A stretch of DNA of 64,000 nucleotides, from contig NC_042997.1 in the NCBI RefSeq assembly GCF_006345805.1, forward strand, positions 63,364,001 through 63,428,000, read 5' to 3'. The translations under genes were made by a program, and so were the position numbers. Each line of letters begins with the position of its first letter. The stretch's first letter is position 1. Shown in pieces: positions 25,155 to 36,725 of the stretch. The notes below the pieces were generated by a model, which did no database searches, had not been told where the DNA came from, and saw only the letters and a list, made by a program, of their open reading frames with translations. The stretch is from Octopus sinensis. Lineage: Eukaryota.

Positions 25155-26737
25155 AGACAGTCATACACACACATATACATACACACTCACAAGCACACAC
25201 ACACACAAACACACTCACATAGGCATATGTGAATGTACTTTGGCATAGATAACTATAAAATATGAAGAACTACGTAGAATAAGAATATAATGGCTTGTTC
25301 GGAAAAGGAAAAATGGGAGAAAAAATAGTAGTTTCCATGTTTTTACTTTACTAATATTCCTTATCTTTACTTTCAACAGGGATGTACTGCTAATATTAGG
25401 GTAATCAAAGTGATATAGATCATTCAATAAGATATCCATCTCTCCTGCAAATTTTGTGAACGTGTACCAATCTAAGAAAATCATTGCTCATAAATTTTAT
25501 TATTAATATTTTGGCACTTTAATCTTTATCGTATACTTGCTGCGTACAGAATTATTTCTGATTTTGTGCTTTGTCTATGTTATGATGGATTAGCAAGGCG
25601 AAGTGTATTTTTCTTTGATGTTTTAGTTATTAACTTCTTCTCAATGTTTCTCTTTCTATTGGGATGGTTCATATTTTCAATCAAAACTATATGATTATCA
25701 TTCCCAGATCTTCATATTTCTGCATTTCTTTTAGTGGTACATTCTTTTCAGCTGGATTTTATCCATTCTCTACGCAATTTTCATTTTACTGATATGCATC
25801 GGCAATAATGTATTTATTTGCCTTAATCTCCTTCACTTTGTAAAATGACATGCCCTTGTGTATGATGACTATAATCTTTTGTAAACTTTTATGAAATGTA
25901 GATTCATAAGCTGTAATAAACTACGAAAGTGCTGGCATTTTCACACTCGTAGATATATATTTCCTTTTAGCTAAACTACAATATGACAAATTATTTATTC
26001 ATAGTATTCAGATATTCTGCCGTTAACCGTTTCAACCCGATTCCTGTCTTGATTGTTAGTGCAATTTCTACTTGTGCAACGATGAATAGTGCTATATTTT
26101 CGGCTTTCACCCTGTATATCACCGCTTGGCCTGCGATATTTGCCACCACCACTGTGCTCAAATTTTTCCTCAAATCAAAGTAGGTCATTTTGTAATTTAT
26201 TTCCTATGTTACGTTTTCTTTGTAATTTTAAACTACTTTCTTGTGTTGCTTCTCTATTCTCGAGTCTCGGGTCTCAGCTTATATATTTCGTATCTTTTGG
26301 CCTCGTTGGAAGCAGAGAACAATATATTCATTTTCTTAATGTTTTCTAGGTATTTGTATTAGCGAGCCAATATTCCTTACAAGTCGCCTAGAAATAATAG
26401 TCTAGCAGGAAGCACCATATATATATCCCTACTCATCGTAAACATAACAGCTCTTTTTTGCAATTTGTATACTAGTCAGTGTAATTATCGTTCTTGCTAA
26501 ATCAGTTAGATTCCGTTTAAAATATGACAACTGGAATAGCTTGAATAATGATATGCATCACTTTACTTTACGCATATAACTCCATATCATTCCATTAATT
26601 TTAAAAATGTAATTCTACTTATCAAATTAATCTAATGGAATTAGGATTATTTTCGTAATTTTGTTTCATATATGCGAACTTTACGATATCTACTTCATTA
26701 AATGATAAGATTTTAAAATTCTTCTTGTTTTAATGCT

Positions 26738-26904
<167 letters not shown>

Positions 26905-26905
<1 letters not shown>

Positions 26906-27473
26906 TGGAACCTACATACATTGGAAGCTATGCCAACATTATGGAATAACAACAGAGAAAAGATGGTATAGACACACACCAGAAAAGGTCACAGAAAACG
27001 AGAAAGCAACCATACTCTGGGATATGCCGATACACACAGATAGAGAAATTAAGGCCAACAGACCAGATATAGTTGTCAGAGATCATGAAGAAAAAAAATG
27101 CTTTCTAATTGATGTATCAATAATCGGCAGATGACAACGTGTCTCTAAAAGAAATGGAGAAACTCTCAAAATACAAAGACCTGGAAATAGAGGTAACTAG
27201 AATGTGGAATCTGAAAACAGAAACAATTCCTATCATAGTAGGTACATTAGGCATGATAAAAAAAATATTCAGACAAATACATAACAAAAACACCAGGACT
27301 TACAAACACATATAACATACAAAAAATTGCACTACTAGGCACTGCACACATCCTACGCAGAACACTTTCCATATAATAACCATCAGAGCATCACAACAAA
27401 TCACAGCACATAGCCAAGGCACACAGAGCTGCGCTCGGTAGTGAAGTGAAAGCACGCTATAAAAATAAAACTA

Positions 27474-27476
<3 letters not shown>
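26905..27476 (+). mobile_element. 5'-truncated Dong/R4 LINE, family A (second copy)
   Basis: About 10 differences from 2535-3104 by eye, including two 1-bp insertions; (TAA)n on both sides. Confidence 0.9.
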
Positions 27477-27519
<43 letters not shown>

Positions 27520-27690
27520 TAATAATAATAATAATAATAATAAGGTGTGTGGAAAACACTCGGCGAGAAACGGAAGAAAATTTGAAGAAAGAAGGAAAAA
27601 ACATAACAACAACAACAACATCAACAACAACAATAATAATAATAATAATGATAATAATAATAATAATAATAATGATGATAATAATAATAA
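27477..27690. repeat. (AAT)n/(AAC)n arrays with short spacer
   Basis: Direct reading. Confidence 0.9.
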
Positions 27691-27839
27691 TGCAGTACGA
27701 GAGAGCAAAGTCAACCTCGGCAACTTGCCTTGCTATTATCATCATTATTATAGTGACTGAAAAATCTCAGGGAATAGTGACATTTTTACCTTCAACGACT
27801 GATTTAGGATGATGTTCATATTAGTAAGCGGGAGTGTTG

Positions 27840-29260
27840 TTCTTATAATATTTACATACTTTTCAATGGAAATACTGCCCTACCCTATCGTGGCCATTTT
27901 TTGTATGCATTTGATGTTAGCACAGATGTTCTACGGTGCCAGCTACAAGTAAACTAAGGTAACACCCCTTATTTTTCTCGCACCATCTGGAGTATTCGAG
28001 CGGTTCCAAGCAGTACTGGTTTCTGCAAGTGCTCCACCCTTATTGCAGCCCCTATTTACTCCAAGTACTCACTGTTCCCAGGGCTGCGACAGATATTACT
28101 ACCACTTTTAACCTCCCAAGCTAACCTGTCATATATATCGACTTCTCTTTCTTCCTTATCGCACACATTGTTGTCAGCTGAGCATGCTATATCTATGATC
28201 CAGCATCATTTGAATTCTATCTCAAGACTATGTCTAGCGTCCTATTCTCTATCTCATGGTCGCACTGAATCATAGAATCCCATACAATTTTGCATTATCA
28301 TTTTCGAGGATGCCTTCCGATTTAAGTTCGTACCACGTTTTTGCCCTGTCAAGCCCACGCTTGTTGCAAAGTCTCTAAAGGGCAATTCTTGCTATAATAC
28401 CATGACAATATTTATATTCTGTATGTGCTAGTGGCGTACATTCACTGGTAATATGCTTACGGTTACACCATTTTGTCCACAAATTCTGCACTTATCGATT
28501 GTCTATTCTGTATTTGATGTAATTCGTTCTTAGTGCTTGCTGTTGGATAGCACAGATTAAAGCCTCTGTTACCGTTTTTAAAGCACTTTTTGTAATCCAT
28601 AGCTGTCATTTTTCTCTGTCTGTCTTATCTTGAACATGCCTATGAAATTGTTCATGCATTCTTTTCTTTATCCAGTTTTATGCAATGTATTGTTTCATTA
28701 CATGCTTTTCTTGGTTTCCAGTGTCAAATATTGGCTGCATTGAGGTTTTTTCTTACTAGCCTTTTAGCATGGCATCTGGTAGCTCTGTTTTTAGTTGTTA
28801 CACAATTCGTGTTATTATTTCACTTTACAAACATCTATCATATATCAGCTTCTGATTCAATTTATTGGCTTTCGTGCACACAGGATTTAATTTGTTCATG
28901 TTTTGTAATACTCGTGTAAGTTTTCTATTCTTTATATAATAATAGTTTATTCTTAGAGGAGATAATTTATTGCAATGTTCTGGTTGCATAAGGCACTTAT
29001 CTCGGTATGTTTTTGTTAAATGTAATGCGTCTGAATAATAAATTTGTTTTTGATTATATTTATATTGTTAATGAAGTTATTATTTTTCTTGCGGATTCAC
29101 TTTGCAGCGTATACATTTAGAACTTTATAAGGATACTATTTGTAAGGATGCTAAATCTTTAGTATTAATGAATAATATTTTATTTCTATGCTATCAGCCT
29201 CGGTTTTATGTCTCAACTTAATGAACCTACAATATTCCCTCATTTTTATTTCATTTGTTC
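27840..29260 (-). mobile_element. Old decayed Dong/R4-type LINE (family C)
   Basis: Minus strand remnants TEALICAIQQQALRTNYIKY, KCRICGQNG, WIIDIACSADNNVCDKEE, IGAAIRVEHLQKPVLLGTARIL; 5' boundary approximate. Confidence 0.75.
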
Positions 29261-29298
29261 CCTCCCTTAAGATCATTAAGTCGTAAATATTTATAAGA

Positions 29299-29693
29299 TC
29301 ACTAGCAGTATCGCCCGGCGTTGCTCGGGCTTGTAAGGGAAAGAACTATATAAGCATTTTTAGAGTTATAGTAAAAAAATAGGGAAAAAATGCATTAAAA
29401 ATGGAAAAAAAAATGGTAAATTTTTTTAAATCGTTGACACATCGTAGACATTTTTAGAGAGTTACTTCCCTTATGTAATAGCGAAAAAATGCATTAAAAT
29501 GAAAAAAATGATGGTAAATTTTTTAAAAAGTCGTAGACTCATCGTAGACACGCGCTAATACCCAGAAGGGCACGATATGAATCACGACTATAAGATACCC
29601 GATTTTGGTTAAACTGCACCGCAAAATGTGGGAGTAGTTAGGAATCTAAATCGTAGGAGAGAGACACACAACTTCACTTTTATATATAAAGAT
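29299..29693 (+). mobile_element. Non-autonomous Helitron-like (Lep1/HINE-like) element
   Basis: A|TC-ACTAG start, subterminal hairpin CCCGGCGTTGCTCGGG, internal about 95-bp tandem repeat, end TATATATAAAGAT; lacks canonical CTRR end. Confidence 0.55.
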
Positions 29694-29990
29694 TTGTGCA
29701 ACAACTAAAACATTCGGTTGTGCAAATTGTTTGCACAGGAAACCTGCTCTGTGTGGCGGTTTTTGCCGTTTTTGTGGATCTGTTTCAGCTTTTTTAGTGA
29801 TTTCTGTTTTGGCGACTTCAAGCCATGAAGTCGTTGTTCTAAAAGAACGCTGGTCTCCTTGACAACGCTTTACGACGTTGATTTCCCTACCCTGCCTTCC
29901 CCACAGCTTCACGAGGGAGGTAAGAAGGGGAGGAGCTACACAGGTGCAGGTGCGAGCATGAACGCCAACGCCGCCACCGACACACGAAAA
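29694..29990. repeat. Repeat module B, diverged copy at 30396-30685
   Basis: Shared TTGTGCAACAACT...CAAGCCATGAAGTCGTTGTTCTAAAAGAACGCTGGTCTCCTTGACAACGCTTTACGACGTTGATTTCC... Confidence 0.9.
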
Positions 29991-30019
29991 AATTGGAAGA
30001 ACCCAGACGACAGCTTCAG

Positions 30020-30277
30020 CCACCACCACCACCACCACCACCACGACCAACACCATCACCACTACCACCATGACCACCACCACCACTACGCCCATGACCA
30101 TCACCACCATCATCACCACGAACACCACGACCACCATCATCACCACCCCCACCCCACCAACAACAACAACAACACCACCACCACCACCACAAACACGACG
30201 ACCACCACAACCACCATCACCACTACCAGCACCACCGCCACCACCGCTGCCACTACCACCGCCTCCACCACCACCAT
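30020..30277. repeat. (CAC)n/(CAA)n low-complexity tract
   Basis: Direct reading. Confidence 0.9.
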
Positions 30278-30395
30278 ACTATGCCTCTGCTCTCTCCTTT
30301 TGGTTACTAAATCCATTACCATATTTCACAAGTACCATCGCCATACAATATTGCCTTCAAAAGTTTGTGTTTGGATAATATTTTTTAAGTAAAAG

Positions 30396-30904
30396 TTGTG
30401 CAACAACTATAACATTCGGTTGTGCAAATTATTTGCACGGGAAACCTTCCCTGTGTGGCGTGTTTCCCGATTTTGTAGAATTTGCTTTCGGGCTTTCTTA
30501 GCCATTTCTGTTTTGGTGTCTTCAAGCCATGAAGTCGTTGTTCTAAAAGAACGCTGGTCTCCTTGACAACGCTTTACGACGTTGATTTCCTTACACTCCC
30601 TTCCCCACAGCTTCACGAGGGAGGGAAGAGGGGGGAGAAGCAACACAGGTGCAGGTGTGAGCATGGACGCCAATTCCGCCGCCAATTAAAAAAAATATGC
30701 GTTAAAATGGAAAAAATGATGTTAAATTATTTTAAAAATCGTAGACTCATTGTAGACGCGCGCTAATACACAGACGGGCTTGATATGAATCACAACTATA
30801 AGATACCCGAATTTGGTTAAATTTCACCGCAAAATGTGGGAGTAGTTAGGAATCTAAACGAAGGGAACAGACACTCACACAACTACAGTTTTATATATAT
30901 AGAT
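30396..30904 (+). mobile_element. Module B' plus 3' half of the Helitron-like element
   Basis: 30690-30904 aligns to 29480-29693; ends TATATATATAGAT. Confidence 0.6.
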
Positions 30905-31839
30905 TTTCGCGGTAATTCATTAATTCGTTCCCAAATTCTCTTTCCTCCAGTATACCTTGGCGAATGCTTTTAATTCGAATCTCAAATCAATTCATCCAGT
31001 GAATTCATTTAACGTGTAAATGTTTATACTTGTTTTTAATGCCCGTGATGAACAATTAAAAGTCGTCCATATGCAAAACAAAATAAAACAACAAAAAACA
31101 AAGTTGGTGTCTGTCCTCCTATAGGGTTCGTATCCCCATTCAGTCTTGTTTAATAAGACTATCAAGAGTGTGAACAGCAGGTGAAAAAGGTGTAGTGCGA
31201 CACTGTCTCTTTGGAACTTTTCTCTTCCACTGGAAGCTGAGGTAGTTGTTCTGAGTTCCTCTTTTGTCTACATCAGGAGAATTCCCGACCAATTATTTTA
31301 AAAATCGTAGACTCATTGTTTAATGTAAACGCTTGTTAATGCTGTTACCATAATCTTGAGTAATACTGCTGTCAAGATTATCATGGTAGATATTACATAT
31401 TATGCTCAAACCTTTCTCTCTCCTTGCAAAGTGTTCGTGTTTGCCTTTGTTGCTCAGTAATATATATTTTAAAAACCATATAAAGTTTGGTAGTATCACT
31501 TGTCTTGTCCTGGAAACGGGTTGCTTTTTTGTAAATAAATATACATTATTAGCAATACTATGGACAATATACGATAAAGGGAAATGTAGGCTGTCGGTTT
31601 CCGGTGGTTAATGTCTTTTTCTTGCAAACGTAGCTTACTCATGATATTAAGGTGATTTTTACAATAGTTCTTATGCTCACAAAGGTTTTATTTCTGCTGT
31701 TAGTTTATTAAATGACTTGATGAAAATACTTGTTGGACTTGGTATATTCAATCGCGTTATTTTTAAGAACTTAGGGGTCTGATTGTTATTGCAAAAATAG
31801 TATTTCTCAATAAGGATATTTATCCTCATCTTGTTTGTT

Positions 31840-32530
31840 GTTAACAAGACGTTTCGGTTGATATACCCTGCAGTCTCTTACGAAAATTCCTAAGGTGTTT
31901 TTCAATGTTATTATCATTGGTATTCAGGTCACTGCCTGGAATCCAACTCGGAATCTTGGGGATAGTTGCCGGCACATTTAACCACTACGCCATATGCCAG
32001 TGTGCAATTATTGAGCGAATTTTAGGGCTTATAAATCTAATATTTCCTATCCTTCCTTAATACCGGTTCCCATATGCTACTCATATCTGTACTTGGTCTG
32101 TTAGGAGGTTATTGTGTCCTAGCATATGTGCTGCTTCTTTTAGTTTTCGTATTTTCCAATGGTGTTCTCTGTCTATTATTTTAACTTCATCCAACAGGGG
32201 GAGGTGGTCTCTATTTTCCCATGCATGATCAGCTATACCTGATTTATCAACATCTCCTCGTGTCACAGCTTTGCGATATTCGTCTACCATTATTTTTAGG
32301 GGGCGCCATGCCTTCGTATAACCTGCCACAGATGCATGGGATGGTGTATACACAGTCTTTGGTCATATTCTCTTCTATTAGTGGTTTTACTCGGAGATAT
32401 TTGCGAAGTGTTGTATCACCGATAATAGCCACTATATACATGGAATTCGTTGAGAATTTGGCTTTAGGATCAACACCACTAAAACCTATGTCTGAGATAT
32501 GTTGATGACATCTTTATACTCTGGCCCCAC
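31840..32530 (-). mobile_element. Penelope-like element: GIY-YIG endonuclease and 3' region (minus) joined to an inverted RT fragment (plus, 32412-32530)
   Basis: Minus: DTTLRKYLRVKP..CVYTIPCICGRLY..SGIADHAW..VKIIDREHHWKIRKLKEA. Plus: SPIIATIYMEFVE..KP..RYVDDIFILWPH. Degenerate ACCGAAACGTC HHR 3' half near 31845-31870. Confidence 0.8.
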
Positions 32531-34004
32531 CACACACACACACATATATAGATAAATAAATAAATGGAGTTAAACGCAGGTGTTATTCTGAATTTTTGCT
32601 ACCCTGATAACTGCTTATTTTTTCTCGTGTTATTTGTAAACTGTGGAAAAAGCACACATACATTTATACACACACACATACACATACACACAGACACACA
32701 CACACACACACACAGACACACACACATACAGATATATAAATGTATGTATATATATTTATTTACATTTATCTTTACTTTGTATTTTTTGTAAAGATATTTG
32801 TTGTTTTGAATTTATCTTCATAGCTAATGCACTAGAATCCGATGTTTTGAAGCCAGCTATTTTTGCTTCGAATTATATAAGCATATATTGATTTTATTTC
32901 TATTTTAGGTAGGATATCACTCAAAAATGCATTTTTCTCTTTTAATTTCAATACATGAAGAATAAACTCAGAACTTTCGTTCATAATCATTATTGTTCAG
33001 TACAATTTACGCTTGGTAATGTCTTGTTTCACTGACTACATTTTACATACGTTTTTTGCATTAGATTCAAAGTAAACATTTCACTATAAACTCTGGACTA
33101 CCAATGGCGGTGAAGCTTTGTATAATTATTAATATGGCTCGTTGTATTAGATCGACTGTTGAAACAAACACTATTGTGCTACATTCTTTAACCGTGCGTT
33201 TAATCATCGATCGCTATTTGATTGTATTAGCTAGTAATCAACAGATTTCATTAGAGTTGTCTGCCAATAATATTTCAAAGATTTCATTCTTTTTGATTTT
33301 ATTGCACTTATATTGTATAATTGAATAATCCTGTAACATTTCTTTATAATAATTGTTTCTGAGTTCTGGGTTCGTTTCCCCTTTTACTGTCTGTATTGAA
33401 AAATTACTTCCTTCTTTTATATTTATTCAAAACATTGATTTTCTTGTGTGACTGTATATATCAGTAATTAATGGACATATTTTGTGCAAAATAATCAGTT
33501 GTAGATCATACAGTAGATATCTCATGCACATAGTAGCATAATTCCGTTTTGTTTGCTATATGTTCAAAAACGTTTTTCGTTTGCTTTATTACACAAAGGC
33601 TCACGTGTTTTTCGTCTAGGCACGTGTTATTTATTAGTTTGGTATTAGTGAAACAGAAAACAAGAAAATAACATTAATTACGCCTCATGATATTTTAATA
33701 AAATTGTTTTCTTATTGATATCGGGCTTATTTTAGCTTTACAGAGCGCTTTGTCGATATTGTTATTCATCTGGAGATCACCAGGGGTAGTCTTTGGTTGT
33801 CAGGCGCAGTCCAGGGTAATAGGAAACATCGTGTTCCTTAGTATTAGTGATCTGTTAGAAAGTTATTTTGGGTGCTCGATAGGTATGTATGGGAGGTTGC
33901 TGTTATGAAAGGGCCACGCAAAAGCCAACCAAGCATGAATTCCTTAAACGGAGAGAGAGAGAGAGAGGGGGGAGAGTACTCGCTTGATCGAACTAGAATA
34001 ATGT

Positions 34005-34295
34005 AGAATGTCTACAGATTTGAAACTCAGATTTATGATAAGCTTCGTAATAGGGCGAGACTGCAGAAGACTAAGACAATAATGATTCTTGTAGTAATAG
34101 GTGTAGTTGAAACAACAACCAAGATACTATTTCAAACGCTGAAAGAGATTGGAATTACAACTCGTTCACTACCTGAAAAAAGCTATTGTATATTCTCCAA
34201 AAACCCAAAGAAAGATTCTTGTGATTTGAGGAAATTTGTAGTGAACATACATCAAGCTAAAATACCCGCTTACAGAAGTTAGCTTCCACAAGCGT
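34005..34295 (+). mobile_element. Very old Dong/R4-type 3' end (family D) followed by (TAA)n
   Basis: DLKL..KTIMILVVIGVVETTTK..LKEIGITTR resembles the RLE C-terminal IPVVIGALG region; immediately followed by TAATAATAA. Confidence 0.5.
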
Positions 34296-34326
34296 AATAA
34301 TAATAATAATAATAATGATGATGATA

Positions 34327-34367
<41 letters not shown>

Positions 34368-34624
34368 AATAATAATAATAAAAATAACAATAATAACAAT
34401 ATTAATAATAGTAATAACGACAACAACAACATTAATAATAATGATAATAATGATAATAATAATAATAGTAATAATAATATTAGTAATAATAATAATAATA
34501 ATATTCTAATAATCATTATTATTATCATTATTATTGTTGTTGTTGTTGTCGTTATTACAATTGTTATTGTTGTTGCTTCTGTTCTTGATGATGCTGATGC
34601 TGTTATTATCAACATCATTAGTGT

Positions 34625-34668
<44 letters not shown>

Positions 34669-34750
34669 TTACTACTACTACTACTACTACTAACAATAAT
34701 AATAATAATAATAATATTAATAATAATAATAATATTAGCAACATTAATAA
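34296..34750. repeat. Compound trinucleotide array (AAT/GAT, then ATT/GTT, ACT, AAT)
   Basis: Direct reading. Confidence 0.9.
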
Positions 34751-35493
34751 TATCAGCCTTATTCTATTTGCTTCATCACATCTAGGTACAGTGCAATTTT
34801 ACTTGGTCGTGGATCACTTACCATATTTCAAAAATTATCTCCAAACCAAATACATGAAACCGTTGATCTTTTCTCGGAAGAATAGCAGCGTGTTCAGTGG
34901 TATTCAGTCAATTAGATAATCTACATTTTCTACTGCGTTGGTAGTTTCCACTGTTAGCATTTGATTACTATTGTTACTTAATCGTGTCTCTAAAGAAAAC
35001 AGCAGCAGGATATGACGCTTTGGTGCAGTAATTATATATGTTTTTTTTATATGAGGCCTTTAGTACACGGATGTTGTAATCGCCAATGAAAAGTGGGAAA
35101 TGAACTTTTAATAACAATGAAATCCTACGTCAATATTTGCATCGAATATCGCTACTTATATCGCAAAAAGCTTTGACAATAGATTTGTGGTTTTCACTAG
35201 AACACACAAGTTTTACCTATTGTATACATACAATGAACATACTCAATGTAATAATTAAAAAAAGCAGACTTGCACGTACTTCACTTAAGACAACTAAATT
35301 TGGTAGGAGACTAGCTAATATGGTTAAGAAGTTGTGTATAAAATGATGATGTTTCGGTTTCGAAACTTGGGAAATTATTTTCATATTAAGTGTTGCATTC
35401 TGCCTTGTGCATCTAATATCTAGTGGAAAATAATATATATATATATATACGTACATACACGGACTGACACACATATTAGGTGGCATATATATG

Positions 35494-35553
<60 letters not shown>

Positions 35554-35574
35554 TCATAATTATGTATTCACATA

Positions 35575-35612
35575 CATACATATATAGGCACATGTCTATC
35601 TATCTGTCTGTA

Positions 35613-35705
<93 letters not shown>

Positions 35706-35766
35706 TTATATATAAATATATATATCTGTGTCTGTCTGTTTATCTGTCTGTCTGTCTGCCTGCCTG

Positions 35767-35815
<49 letters not shown>

Positions 35816-35820
35816 GCATA
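35575..35820. repeat. (TATC)n, (TGTC)n, (CT)n, (TA)n compound microsatellite
   Basis: Direct reading. Confidence 0.95.
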
Positions 35821-35829
35821 CATAAATAG

Positions 35830-36725
35830 TACGCGATGGGAAAATTGTCGCCATTTTATGTTTATAATTTCGCTCATGCGCATTGTTTGGCTTTGATTTT
35901 GTGGACGACACTGTATAGTAGGTTTATTTGGGTAACATCTGTGTGGCAACCAGCATCATGAAGTAGTTCACTCTGCCAGAACATTTTTGCAGTGACATGC
36001 TGCACTGCTTGATATAGGCGCCGGAAGCTCCGGTACGAACAGATGGTGAATACAGAACAACCGTTGGTTTGTCGTGTCCCAAAATCATGTACAGAGAATG
36101 ATGAAAACCAAACAGCCAGTTAACATCATGGAGTTTCGAGTGATCACTAGTGATGACGACATTATGTCTCCATTCATATTCCCACACGGACTCAGACTCA
36201 ACACAGAGGTCTAGATAGAGTGTCTGGAGAAGGTAATGCTGCCTTGGGCCATAGAGGGTGGCTGCTGGAAGATCCTATATCCAGCAGCATGACTACGTGC
36301 CATGTCACGCAAGCAACTGAACTCAATCATGGCTCTCAGACTTTTTCTGCGACCACATCACCCTAACATCTGGCCACCTAACTCTCCAGACTCAAATCCC
36401 TTTGATTATTATATGTGAGAAACAATTGAACGAGATACCTACAAATACTTATAATATCAAAGATGAACTGAAGGCAAAAATTATGGCAGCTTTCACCAAC
36501 TTAAATAAGGAAATATTTTGCAAGCGTTGCAGAACATTCTAAAGTCGCCTGGAGGCCGTGGTTGAAGCCAATGACGGTTTTACGGAATATAGTTACTTTT
36601 TAGTATTTCAAGATATTTTTATGTAATTTTGGTAAATATATCTAAAATGAGTTGACAGTGTTATTTTCAATTTTGCGTAATTTAGACGATATCTAGTGGA
36701 AAATATCTATTCACCGCACCCTATA
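35830..36725 (+). mobile_element. Internally deleted DD37D (maT) Tc1/mariner element
   Basis: MMKTKQPVNIM, FIFPHGLRLN, QQHDYVPCH ... IWPPNSPDSNPFDY (37 residues between Asp after correcting one frameshift), RLEAVVEANDG; end CACCGCACCCTATA; left boundary uncertain. Confidence 0.8.

Noticed and set aside
29646-30392. His-rich, Val-rich and Thr/Pro-rich ORFs
   Set aside because: All derive from the (CAC)n tract between repeat modules; open in many frames, no domain
34169-34785. Poly-Leu/Ile/Met ORFs
   Set aside because: Trinucleotide microsatellite translations
35340-35372. TGATGATGTTTCGGTTTCGAAAC as a hammerhead
   Set aside because: Lacks the C of CUGANGA and has no convincing stems I or II
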